Source: Bilabrum cf. latius
Lineage: Eukaryota
DNA: 64,000 nt
Direction of reading: 5' to 3'
Assembly (NCBI GenBank): GCA_965178125.1
Contig: OZ237752.1
Coordinates: 248,001 to 312,000 of the forward strand
Within the stretch, counting starts at the first letter, position 1. Every line of letters starts with the position of its first letter. The notes under the pieces are model-generated. The model was given only the letters and a program-made list of their open reading frames with translations. It did not search any database and was not told the origin of the DNA. Position numbers and translations under genes: made by a program. Of this stretch, positions 13,849-25,594 are shown piece by piece.

Positions 13849-15847
13849 TCAGCTCGTTTCGTCCAGAATCTTGACGCACTCCTCGTGGCCACCCAGCTCG
13901 GCAGCACCCCTGGCATCGACAAGGTCCACCTTGCCATCCTTGCACTCCTTCTCTCGCTTCATATCCATCCCACCGGCCAGCTTCCCCAGCCTCAATCTTT
14001 TGGCCAGCTCCAGGGGGCGCCCCTCCGAGGCGGCCTACCACACGAGGCGGGCGTCCCTCTGCGCCTCTACAGCCCGCCGGAACTGGACCATCCGTGTCAT
14101 CCTCGGGTTGAAATGATGGCGAAACATGCGCTCAAGTTCGCTGCGTTCGCTGGGCGTTTCACATACATCGCACAAGAGCTTCATGCGCTAGTGGATGGTA
14201 AGGCCGGGCTCATCGATCACCGGCTGCAATTCCGGCCAGACTTCCTCCGCCCAGTACCCGGGGAGGACGGAACACTGCGTCGCGGAACAGAATGGGGAAA
14301 ATGTACCCTCATGTTCAGGAAATAGACCACGTCTTACCAGATCGTGCCAGCTTTATTTGCTCACCTTTCTGTCCACGTACATACTGCTCGTGTGCAGGCT
14401 GGCCTTGAGATCCAGCTTGGCGCCGGCGTCGATGAGAACGGCCACCACCACCGGTGCGTTCTACGAACTCGCAGCATAGTGAATCGGAGACAATTGATTT
14501 GCGTATGTCTCCTGCGTAGATCGAACTGAAAGTGCACAAGCATCATTTGCCTCAGCGCTCTTTCCATCACGAGGAGGCTGTCCAACGGGTCCACACGGAG
14601 GCTCACTTCGATTGATGGGGTCCCAAGAGAAATAGGCTATTCAATGCCGTGGTTGAGAGACCATATCAACAACTCGTCTTCTGTGCCAAGCTGCGGCTAG
14701 CTTTTGGCCTCCAAGTCAGCACCTGCCTTAATCATCAAAATGCATGATTTGGCCATGCCAATCATTGCGGCATGCATCAGCGGGGTGCACCCATCCTGCG
14801 ACCCTATAGAGTGTCCGGATCTTAAGAACGAGTATTCATTGTTTTGTACTCTGCAACTTATTGCCGGTAAGAGGTAGTACTTCTTACTTTATCTCCCGCG
14901 TTCACGTCAGCGCCTTGCTCAATCAGGAGCTTGCAGCAGGAGTAATGACGGTCTGCATCCATGTTCCGTGCCGCACAATACAATGGTGTCTATTTATGTG
15001 GGTGCTGCTATCAGAAGGCAATCGGAAACCATCATGATGATGGTTGCATCTAAGACGGGCATCTGGTGGGAGTCGTGCGGCGAGGCCGAGGAGCAGAGTC
15101 TAGCATGACCCTTCCACGAACCAGCACCGCAAGAACACCACTTTGAGAAAGAGGAACCCAACCCATCCTAGCACGGACAGGGGCACAGCGGCCAGGGAAC
15201 CACGGGGCTAAGCGCGCCCATGCAGGAGCGGAGCACAGCAACTGAAATACACGCAATCTCGGCCCGCAGGGCCGAGCACAAACAGACAAACAAACAATAA
15301 TAAAAGCGAAGGGAATACACACGACATGTTGACCCCCATACCTTACCTTTGTACGGCTGGGGTCTGCTGTATTTACGAAGGAGTGGGGCGCGCAGGGTTT
15401 GCAGCTAGTGCCTGCGTAAAGTAACGTGCCATTCCCTCTAGAATGCAATATAGCCTGCAGCGATAAGCAAATTGGATTGATTGCAGCATCATGATGATAT
15501 CTCACGGTCACAGCAGAAACACTTGCCCCTGATGAGATAAGGATCTTGCATAATTCTTCATGCCCATCAAGAGCAGCCTAGTGCAGCAACGAATAACTTA
15601 TCTGCGAGCATTCAAGCTTGGATGAATGTTCTACGTACAAGCACAAATGATACTACATGGATCATGCAGAACTTTAGCGCTGGAATTTACCCACGCTAGA
15701 CCCACGGATGGTCCTATGTACGTCCTTATTGACCAAAACCTCTCGTGCCTTGGGACAAGTACTCCCGAGAATGGCGATCGCCCTCGAGACGTCTGATTTC
15801 TAGACTGCATCCTCGAGGGACTCAAAGTCGGTCACAGGGCGAATCAT
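13849..15847 (-). CDS. Multi-exon ankyrin-repeat protein, copy 2 (TAG=Gln)
   Basis: Paralog of 11889-13481 with the same exon structure. ATG at 15847, TGA at 13849-13851, a frame-preserving 3-nt indel in the last exon, and TAG codons shared with copy 1. Confidence 0.85.
15067..15469. other. ~400-nt intronic segment present only in ankyrin copy 2 (insertion, or deletion from copy 1)
   Basis: Copy 1 reads catctgg-cagacat-aattgg, whereas copy 2 has ~400 nt between the same flanks. It includes the hairpin ctcggccc-gca-gggccgag followed by an ACAA/AATAA-rich tract. Confidence 0.75.
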
Positions 15848-16171
15848 GGATTGATCAAATTGTAAAATCAATGGCAAGGGATCGATTTTGGGGCTGCACC
15901 GGGATCACATCCGCTAATGCGGGGTAATGCCAGCCGATCCTATACAGTACACGTTATTATTGTAAAGAAACCGGATTGTGGCGAAAAGAAAACCCGGCAG
16001 TCATTTTATCGAACGATCGTGAGTATTTCTGCATTTAATGCGCGTTTTATTCTAACTTGCACTATGATGTAGTAGTTTGGGCTGGTTCGAGTTGGTTAGA
16101 TGTCTCCTGAGTACTCTGACGGGTTTCGCTTGATTGCCGTCGAGCACCTTCCGTTCCTGCGTGCAGTAATA

Positions 16172-16601
16172 ATGGCTGACCTGGAGACTAAGTTCAAGGA
16201 CGCGTCTGATTTTGTGCGAAGTGGCGAGAAGCCCAAGACTGAGATTCCAAATGACCGGAAGCTGGTGCTGTACGGGCTGTACAAGCAAGCTACAGAGGGC
16301 GATGTCTCCGGCTCCCGTCCCTCCGGGTTCCTGGGATTCTCAGGCGAGGCCACCTACAAATGGGATGCCTGGAATGACAACAAGGGTAAGAATATATCAG
16401 ACGGAGCGTTTCTTGAAAAACTTGAACGCCAAATAGGCTGGATCGGGTAGGACTGCGCTCAAGTTCTGTTGCGAACTCGCGGCCAAGCTTTAGTTATTCA
16501 ACCGGTATTATGATTCCATGTGCTATGCAGGCAAGAGCAAGGATGATGCTATGAAGGCGTACATTGAGGAGGTCGAGAAGCAGAAGGTTGAGTTTTTCTG
16601 A
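16172..16601 (+). CDS. ACBP: Acyl-CoA-binding protein, 2 exons (16172-16385, 16531-16601)
   Basis: KLVLYGLYKQATEGD...[25 protein letters not shown] matches the ACBP family. GT-AG intron at 16386-16530. Ends in TGA. Confidence 0.95.
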
Positions 16602-16865
16602 GCGTACAGACCTACGTGGATGCATGCGGTGAAATTCGATGAATTAGCACATATCTAGAATTCCAAGAGGGGTGTCCAACAGTAGACCCAGAAGCTGCCA
16701 TGTCTCCACGGCAACCTGCTGCGTGCATCTGCTGCACAGGCCGCTCAGTATATATGTGTTTCTTCTCGGATCATTGTCTCGGATCACTGGGCCAGATGCT
16801 CTCAGCTTCTTCACGGCAGCCTATTCTCATTCCGCAATTTCCTGCCACGCATGGTGGTTTTGCCA

Positions 16866-18230
16866 TCAGCCCCTACCGCCGTGAGCGTCCCGAGAGTCGG
16901 ATCCACCGCTGCTCATGCTGTGAGGGTCGCCTGCCCGTCCTCCCCCACTGGCACTGGCGCTGCCGGTGCCCCACCATGCGTCCCAAAGGGAGGCACCTTC
17001 CCTCGTCCCCTGTGCACTCGCACCACTGCCAGTTGCAGCGCCCGAACCAGGCTACCCACCCGCAGCTCCTGCCTTAGATCCAGCTCCCCAGAGCCAGGAC
17101 GAGGCTGCGAGAGGGCTCGGATCCATCCCGCTGCTCTCGCCCTCCTGTTGGCTTGCAGCCGCACTGCCATCGACACTGCCTTCGACACCCCGACCAGTCC
17201 ACCCACCATCCCCACCTTGACCACGTTTGCCACTTTGGCCACCACCCATGAGTCCCTTGGCGCGCTCGATGGCGGTCCCACCGGCCCGCTGCGCCGCCCC
17301 TGCAGCCGATGACACGCCGGCCCCGAGCATGCGCCACGTGGCGCCAGCCACATCCCTGCTGCTCGCAGCCCCGCCAGACGGTGACGCAGTGGAAGATGAT
17401 GACCCGCTCTGCTCAGCAACCGAGGATCCGCTGGTTCCTTCATGTTCCTAGCGCCCAGCCCTGACCCCAGCAGTCCCCCGCTCATGCTCAACTGCACGCC
17501 CCCCGTCCCCATGCTTGGACTGGGACTGAGAATGCGGTTGGGACGCCGCCCAACGGACTGCAGCTTCTGGCAGACCCCTGCCCAGCCCATACGCGAACGC
17601 GCCCACGGCCACCACCACAAGCGCACCGTTCCGGGCCCTCCGGAGCATGTCCTTCCCGTGCTCGCTGGCCGCCCCTGTGGCGTTAGAAGCCGCGCTCGAG
17701 GCGGCGCTCCGGGCCCACGAGTAGGCGTGCCCCCACAGCCGCTCCGCGGCTCCGGCTTTCCCGCCATACCTAGCCCCGCTGCTGCTGCTGCCAGGAATGG
17801 AGGCGCCCGTGCGGGCACCACCCGATGGACCACGGCCAAAGAACGAAGATGCTCGAGCTTGTGCTGATTTACTAGATGATGTCTGCTCATGAGAGTCCGC
17901 ACTCGCTCCTGAAGACGGCAGGGATGGCCCCGATGACGACTTTTGCTGGGCTGCCAAGCGATCGGCAGAATCTGCTGCATGCTCCAACGAGGCCTTTGCA
18001 GCCTATGAAACCTGCACAGAAGCCCGTTTGCCAGCTTCAAATGCCTCGTTTGCGGCCTTTTGGGCCGCAGATATGGCTCTCTGTCCCTGCTCAGAGTCTA
18101 GAGTTGCCTTTGCACTTGCAGTTGCCTTTTGTGCCGCTCCCGCAGCTGCCACTGCGCCACGCCGTACCGTGCTCCAGGTGTTAGCAAGAGATGAACTCCA
18201 ATCGTGTCCAGATTTTGGAGGTTTGGCCAT
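16866..18230 (-). CDS. Hypothetical Ala/Gly/Ser-rich protein, 454 aa, one hydrophobic segment (TAG=Gln)
   Basis: ORF pieces 18003, 17448 and 17052 share a frame and are joined by TAG. ATG at 18230, TGA at 16866. Hydrophobic segment ALVVVAVGAFAYGLG. Confidence 0.7.
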
Positions 18231-18354
18231 GATTCTTCGTCGCAAGGAGAACGAGTGGCGTCTTTCGTGCGTTTTCGCCGATTCGAACGGTCAGGTGTGA
18301 CGAGTACCGAATCTGCAATGGTTCGGTATCCTTAAATCCTCGTTTACAGCAGAC

Positions 18355-18978
18355 ATGGCGGCGAAATCGGACCAATTTAGCGTCGAACCTAATCCAGAGG
18401 ATGTGTTGCACGCACCCATTGATGTTCAAGCAGCCCTAGATAGAGTAGAAGCCGGTGGAATGGTCGATGCCGGAATCCCGACGAGAGTAGCGTACATGTT
18501 CGCTCCAGAGCCAGCCATTCCTGGTCCTGGTGGGCAACCTGGTGCACTGCAGACTCATGGAATGCTTGTTCAAAGGGTGACAGAGGCAAGAGGGCGAAGA
18601 CGAGCAGATGCAGAGGCTTCGGCGGCTGCAGCCATTCGTCGAGCGCAGGAGGCACTGCGGCTACCACCGAGTGGCTCGAGTGCAGCTGGTAGCAGCTCTG
18701 CTGTGGATAGCAGCGATTCAGCCACCGCAATCCTGGTGGCGGCGTATCCAGACATGCCTGCTGAGGTGAAGGAGCGGATCCAATCCGGGCAAGCAAGCGC
18801 GGAAGACGTGCGACAGATCTGTGCACAGCTAGCTACCAAACAAGAAGAGAGAAGACGCAGCGATGAAGCCAAAATGGAGGCGCTGCTTGAGGATGCGCGC
18901 CGATGTGTATCTGGTGCAGAAAAGGCAGGGGCCGTCCACCCGCCTATTGGGGCGCAATAGGCCGCGATGGAGACCTAA
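18355..18978 (+). CDS. Hypothetical protein, 207 aa
   Basis: ATG at 18355. Reading through TAG at 18958-18960 adds QAAMET and ends at TAA 18976-18978. Divergent from the 18230 gene across 124 nt. Confidence 0.7.
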
Positions 18979-19245
18979 GCCCAGCACGGCCCTGCGCATG
19001 CTCGCAGTGCAATCTTAAAGGTGCAATGTATGATAACTTCGTTGATTCTGTCGGTTGAACTAATCCAGCAAACGCTGCATTTCATCCCGTGAAAAAGTCG
19101 ATGACGCGGGCAGCGAGTGCGCCCCATTCAGCAGGGAGCCGAGGAGAGCTTTCCACGCAAAACCCGCCGCAGAGCCCAGCCAAAGGCAGCACGACACGAG
19201 GAATCCGCCCGCAACACCCCTGGGGTCTCCTCCTCCTTCGATTGA

Positions 19246-21109
19246 TCAGTCAGTCCCCCTTGTGCTCTCGTCCAGAGCCGGGAAGGTCTTGTAGATCTCT
19301 GCCATGAGACGAATGGACAGGTCCACGTCCTGCACGCCGCACATCTCCCGGATAGAATGCATGGCCAGCTGGGGCACACCCACGTCCACGGTCCGGACGC
19401 CCAGCCTGGTGGACATGATCGGCCCGATGGTGGACCCGCACCCTATGTTCTGCTTGATCACGAACTCCTGCACGGGGACCCCGCAAGCCTCTGCGGCCCG
19501 CCGCACCATGGTGGCAGTGACCGCCGTGGTGGAATACCTCTCGTTGCAGTTGGTCTTGATCACCAGGCCCTCCTGCATCTTGGGCCGGTGGTTGCAGTCG
19601 TGCTTGTCCCCGTAATTGGGGTGCGCCGCGTGAGCCATGTCCGCGCTCACGAGGATGGACTTGCGCATGGCCACGGGCCATGACCTGGGCTTGTCCTCCC
19701 CGTGGATGCGACGCATCACCTCCCCGAGGAACGTGGACCCGGCCCCGGGCACCGACGCGCTGCCCACCTCCTCGTTGTCGAAGAGCCCGACCACGCGGAC
19801 GTTCTTCTCTTCCTTCAGCCCACCCCCGGACTCGATGCTCTCCGTGAGCGCCCGCACGCACGCGAAGCTCATCAGGAGGTTGTCCAGCCGAGCCGCGAAG
19901 ATGAACTCCCGGCGGGTGCCGCCCACGGCCGCGTCCTGCGTGTCAAACATGCACAGCTCAAAGTCCCTGATCATGGCCGGTGTCACTGCGGGGGCCCCCG
20001 CTGGCCTGCCCTCGGTGATGCTCTCTGCCAGCAGGCGGAGGAGCTCCGGGTGGTGCCGGCTGCCCGCCTTGTAGGCGGAGGATTTCTCCTCCTCGTCCTT
20101 TTTCTCGGTGCCCTCGTCGTCCGCCTTGCCTGCTCCTGTCGCGGCGCCGCCGGCTGCGGAACCGTCCACCTTCCCGTCGGTGCCCAGAGACTCCTTCAGG
20201 TGGGTCGCCATGACTGCCCACAGGTGCGCCTCCTTGTCCACCCCGAACTTGTCGTTGGTCCCTCGATCCAGGTGAATGGCCAAGGAGGGGATCCTCACGA
20301 TAGGCCTCTTCACGTTGGCCAGAGCCGAGGTGACGGCCCCCGTCTCGGGGTCGTCGAAGAGCACGCGGCCGGCCACGCTCAGGTCGCGGTCGAACCAAGT
20401 GCGCCAGATGCCGCCGCCGTACCACTGCGTACATTCGGTCGAACCAATTGGATGAGAGACGGACAGGGGTGCGGGCTACTAAACACGGCGAATGGCGATA
20501 GCAGGCGGCGCTGCGGAGCGGCAGCCAGCGGCTTGCCTGCACTGTGGTACCCAGGCCAGCCGCGCAAGGCTTGCCAACTGCAAACTCAAAACAAGGGCAA
20601 CCACTCACCTGGGTCCCAATGCAGTCGAAGCCAGACTTCGTTGCGGTAGAGATGGGCTTCAGCTTCAAGCAAGGCGAATCCGTGTGTGCAGCCGAGATGG
20701 TGAACCCATTCCCAGGCTCATACCGCTCTCCAATAGCAAATGCAACCAGTGCGCTCTAATTCCTGGTGACGTAGTACTTGCCTCCGGGCTTCAGGTCGGT
20801 CCACACCTCTCGCTCGCTCAGACGTACATATCCATCGGCCTCCAGCTGCTTGCACACCTCGTCCACGGCATGGAACGGCGATGGAGACTTGTTCACAAAG
20901 TCAAGGAAACTGTCAGCTATCTTAAGCTGGTCATCGGACGGCTTGCCGGGCTTGGCCAGCGGCTCACTCGGCGATCCAGCAACTGCGGCCATTGTTCGCG
21001 CGGGGTACAGATATGACGGTGACGCTGCCTTTGGCAGGTGAGATCGGGACAATCGAGGGAACGACCGGGCGAGCGGCTTGCGAGAAGAGCGAAGGAGGCT
21101 CCGAAGCAT
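19246..21109 (-). CDS. DNPEP: Aspartyl aminopeptidase (peptidase M18), 2 exons, one in-frame TAG
   Basis: Motifs SPSPFHAV, YYVTRN*SALVAF, AHTDSPCL, YGGGIWRTWFDRDL, RLDNL, FDNEEVGS, SADMAHAAHPNY, CGSTIGP and AMHSIRE. Intron at 20425-20608, TGA at 19246. In-frame ATGs at 21109 and 20992. Confidence 0.96.
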
Positions 21110-21426
21110 GCACACGTGGAGCGGGAGGGACGGCAGCTGGCAGCGGCACCGGCGGCGACCTTGCGTGCGCGGCGCCGCCGGGGCCTCCGATAGATCTAGT
21201 AGGCGATCGATTGTGACCCTAAAATCTATCGGCGGGCCAATCATTACGAGAAGTTGTCGATGCGCCATCCAGTTCGGCGTTCGCCATTTGATCGCAACCA
21301 ATTGCGGCTACTCCGTACGAAGGCCTCTGCAATTCTTCCAGAACCATCCATCTCTCAAATCAATCAGTCACCGTGACGCTAGCATCGCATCGCCTCAATG
21401 TGCAGCTGCTTCTCCTCAGTGGGGCC

Positions 21427-24400
21427 TCACACCCTCTGCTTCCTGCGGCCGCTCCCCCGCCCCCTCCTCCTCACCTTGCGCCTGCCAGCCTCCTCGTCCA
21501 CAGCACCGATCCCGCCGCCGATCAGGGCAGCAGACGCGCTCGCGTCCCCGCTGTAGGCGCCGCTCTTGCCACCGCCCTTGCCCCGCCCCGTGTGCGCCGC
21601 ACCCCCGGCGCCCCCCCCTGCCAGCTCGACCCCAAGGCCCACCCCCCCCCTCTGCTTCGACTTAAAGGAGGCCTAAGAGCCGCCACCCCCCGACCTGCTG
21701 GATGCCTTGCCCCCGGCCCCCCCGCTTCCGCCCGAGGCACCGTCGTCGCCCTCCTCCACCAGCGGAAGGCCCAGCGCGTCAGCACCGAGATCTGTCTCGA
21801 GGAGACCCTGCACCGCCTGCGGGGAAAGTTCCGCAAGAAGGCGCCGCGCAGGGTCCTCCCCGGGCCCGCTCCGCGACCCCAGCAGCGAAGCGGCCGCCAG
21901 CCGCACCCCGCCGAGCCCAGAGGCGCCCGCCACCGCCTGCACGGTACCCAGGTCGGCAGCGGGACCCCAGACCGCCACAGCGCGAAGCACACCGGCGCGC
22001 ACCGCCGTCTGCGGCGTGCTGGGCAGCAGGTGCAGCCCGCTGGCGAGGGATGCCCCCAGCCCTGGTGACACGGCGGAGGAGCCAGCGCCACCCGCCGCCC
22101 CGAGACCTGCCTCGTCGAGGCCTTGCTGTTCCCCGTTCCCCTGAGGGTGGCCAGACACGGCCCGCTGCAGCAGCCCAGACCCTCCCGGGCCCCCCGCACC
22201 GGCCCCGCCGAAGCCGTCCATGTCGGGGGAGCGGCGCCGCGCGCTGGCCTGCGGATCCAGGAGGGACGACAGGGCGTCAAAGGCGCTGCGGGACGAGCCC
22301 TGTGACGAGTGCTCCACGCCCCCGCGACCCCTCCCGCTCGCGGTCGAGGACGACGACGACGAGGAGCCTGGGCCCTGCTGCGTCCCCGGCCAGGTGCCGT
22401 GTGCGGTGGTGGGCACGCCCTCCAGAGCGAGAGGTCGCCCGCCCGCTGCGCCGTTGCTGTTCCCCCCCACCCCCGCACCGCCGCTCCCGTTCGCACCCTC
22501 CGACGAGTCGCCCGATCCAGCACCCGATCCCGATCCCGCCGCGACCCCACCCAGCCGCGCGGCCTCCTGCAAGCGCACCTCCACAGCCGCCACCCGCATC
22601 TCCCGCGCCTCCACCGCCGCATCCATCCAGCAGGCCCCGGGGCCAGAGAGGCGCGAGGGGTCGCAGTGGGGGTCGCACAGAGCCCGCATGCTGCCGGGCC
22701 GCACCGGCGGCGCCTGCGCCAAGCCGTCCTCTCTGCGCGGCGCCTGCGGAACCACGGCCGCCAGCGCCGGCGGTGTCACCAGACGGGCGGGGGCCATGGG
22801 CGCCGCGCCCCTGCAAGCCCGCAGGAGGTGCCTTCCGGGGTCCTCGAGATCCGAGGCCCACAGAAGCGGGGAGCCAGCCGACCCGCCAGCGGCGCCGCGC
22901 GCTGCGGAACCGGTCGCCCCTGGTGCCTTGACGGTGGCGTCTCGCTCGAGGAGGGACAGCCCCGGCACAGCCACAGCAGATGCTCCCAGCGACATGGCCG
23001 GCAGCGGGGGGCTCTGCCCCTGTGCCCCGGCCGCGGGGACGAGCCCGGGAGATCGACCCGAGGGGCCGGCAGACGAGGCACCGCCCGCCCGCAGGATGGT
23101 GGGCGTGGCTCCGCCCGCGGAACCCCAGGCGCCGCGCGGCTGCGAGCCGGGGTGCGTCCCCGAGTGTCGGTCGTCAAGCCCCGCGGCGCGCGCGATCGGG
23201 CCGTCGAGCACGCCCTGCAAAGTGAAACGCCCGCCGGGCAGCTGCTCGAGGGAACCGTCCACCACGCCGACCGGACCAGCAGCGCCGCTGCTCGATGGTG
23301 ACCCGCCCGACGAGCGGATGGCGCCTGGGTGTGACGATGACGAAGCTCCGGCTGAAGCTCCCGCCGTACCGGGAGGCAGCGTGAGGGTGCCGCGCGACTG
23401 CTGGTTCCGCTGCAGGCCGGCGGAGGCCGACGGGGGCGGGGGCGACTGCAGCGCCTGGCCGGGCTTCGCAGAGCCCTGGCACACCCTGCGGTGTTCATAA
23501 AAGTGTGACGAGTGGGATCAATGGAATGGAGGATCGCGAGAGCGAGGGATTTTGCGGGAACGGCAGAAGCGTGCCAAGCGCGGCAGCGCAAAGGAGAACA
23601 GGGAATGACGGGGCCCATGCACTCGTCACACCGCTCACTTTAGGATGCGTCCCTCCAGCACCATGTTGTTCATCCCGCGGATGGCCGCCTTGGCCTCTTC
23701 GTCCGTCGAGAACTGCAGGTAGGCGCTGGCGCAGCCGCCACCCCCTGCCGCTGCTCCCGCTGCCCTCCCCCGGGCGGGCGCGGACCTGGACAGCGCAATC
23801 TTCTGGATGCGGCCGTAGCGCCCAAAGAGGTGCTTAGAGCGCAGGAGGGAGTCCTTCGCGGCCACGAGGGGAAGCCCGATCACGTACACCAGGTTGTGCT
23901 GAATCTGCACCCGGGAGTGGGCAGCAGCAGCACCACCACCAGCGCCTGTCGAGGCTCCCGCAGCTGCCGCGGCTGTCGAGCCGGGCCCTGTTGCCCCACC
24001 CCCGCCGGTGGACAGGGCGCGATCCCTGCCTGACGAGTGTCCCCTGGCGTGGTGGTGGCTGCCCCCTCCCGCCTGCGACGACTGGGAGCCACCCTGCGCC
24101 GATGCCTGGGCGGCCGCGCGCTGCTCCTCCCTTCGCCGGGCCTTGGCGCGCCGCTCCCTGTCCTTGCGGAACTTTTGTGCCCTGCGCATATTCAATGGGG
24201 GTGAATGGGTCGGTGGCGCGGCGATGTGGGCTTGGGTCCGTGCGGGCAGCAAAAGGGGCTCAGATCGGTGCAGCAGCGTGCTCCCACTGGCCGACTGATG
24301 CTTCTGGTTGGCACGGCAACTGGTGCTCCTGCGTGCAACTCGCAAGTTTTGGCGTGGCCACTCATTCGACCGTTAGGTCGTCAAACTCCCTATTATTCGC

Positions 24401-24775
24401 TCACTCTTCGTCCGTGTACGGGATCACCTTCCATGGTTGCTCGGGGTAGGGCTGCCTGCACTGCGGGCAAAGCCCGTTCTGCTCCTCCTTAATCCTACGC
24501 CAGCAGAACGTGCAAATCTGCGACAAGAATAGTGGGGTGATCGATGTCGTTTTTCGGTGTCATTCTTCGGTGATAGGCCCACTCTTGAGTGCTTGAACCG
24601 GAGTTCAACCATGTGTTCGACCGTTTTCCCCAAGCGGCACGAGCCTACGAGCGTCGCCACACTAAGCAACCCTACTAACCTAGTACTGGCACTGGCATGG
24701 AAAGAATCGCTTGTCTGATAGCTCGAGATCTTCGCAGCACAATGGACATATATCTTCGCCCTCTGTATCTACCAT
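21427..24775 (-). CDS. NOT4: CCR4-NOT subunit NOT4-like RING E3 ligase with RRM, 4 exons (TAG=Gln)
   Basis: C4C4 RING CPLCCEDLELSDKRFFPCQCQY*/ICTFCWRRIKEEQNGLCPQCRQPY and RRM VQIQHNLVYVIGL..FGRYGRIQKI..SAYLQF. Introns at 24518-24679, 24182-24404 and 23486-23638. TAG at 21673 is read through to TGA at 21427. Confidence 0.92.
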
Positions 24776-24962
24776 ACTCCGGCTGATTCCCGTCACTTCA
24801 CCGAATTCCGAACTAGATCTGGTCCTATTCTCTTCGTTGAATAGGATAAACTAACCAAAGTTGCTGTAGCCGTCGAGTAAGGGGCCAGTGAAAATCGTGT
24901 CGACCGGAAAACCAGTGTGAAAGTGCGCTGTACAAAGGCTACGGAACCATCCATATATTTAC

Positions 24963-25359
24963 GCTGACAGTTCCAGAGACGAGCATGATTGTGTGCGTGC
25001 TCGACCCTCAGAGGGATCGCGAGTCCGGACGATCCTGGAAGTGACGTCGGAGGCTGGAGGGGCACTCCGTGGTGGGTCTGGACCGCGCATAATGCCGGGT
25101 CCACGCAGTATGCCTGTGTGTCTACGGATATCCGAAATAAAGGCTCCGGGACTGCTGCGAAGGAGGGCTTGAAGGCGACAAAGGGAGGTCCCAACATCAG
25201 GGCCGGTACATGGGGGGCCTTTGGTCTGAAAGGGTCGGGGGTCTTGTAGTCCTCTTATGAGGGCTCCTACCGCTGCAGGTGATCACCTGAGATATGGTGC
25301 ATCTGTGGCGGGTTCGGTAACTTAACCCAACAATGTATTTCTGTATTTCTGTATTTTTT
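24963..25359 (+). ncRNA. Candidate structured non-coding RNA, family not recognised
   Basis: Dense run of hairpins with G-U pairs favouring the + strand, TATATTT just upstream and a T6 tract at the end. Identified by manual pairing only. Confidence 0.3.
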
Positions 25360-25594
25360 CCATCCAGGAAAGTGCAGGGGGCAAAAACAGGATCTGACGC
25401 AAGACTTTAGCTCTTTGCACAGTCAACACTTGTACAGCTTGCACAGTAGCTGGTGTTGTTTGTGCTGTGAGTCAGTTCACATCCTTATTCCCCGAATTGC
25501 CAAGTTGCACCAAGCGTCCTGCACCAGCTGCACATAGCTTGATTGGGACAGATCAACCTGTAGAAGTAGCTGCACAGAAGATTTTCACCAAATA

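Larger units (their letters stand above)
11840..16159. repeat. Tandem segmental duplication: copy 1 ~11840-13799, copy 2 ~13800-16159
   Basis: Near-identical sequence at an initial offset of 1960 nt. Both copies start ggg(cg/ca)aatggggccctccccatgacg and end gagcaccttccgttcctg. Copy 2 carries ~400 extra nt. Confidence 0.95.

Noticed and set aside
16100-16450. ACBP ORF ending at TAG 16448, as given in the ORF track
   Set aside because: That TAG lies in the 16386-16530 intron. The spliced gene ends in TGA at 16599-16601.
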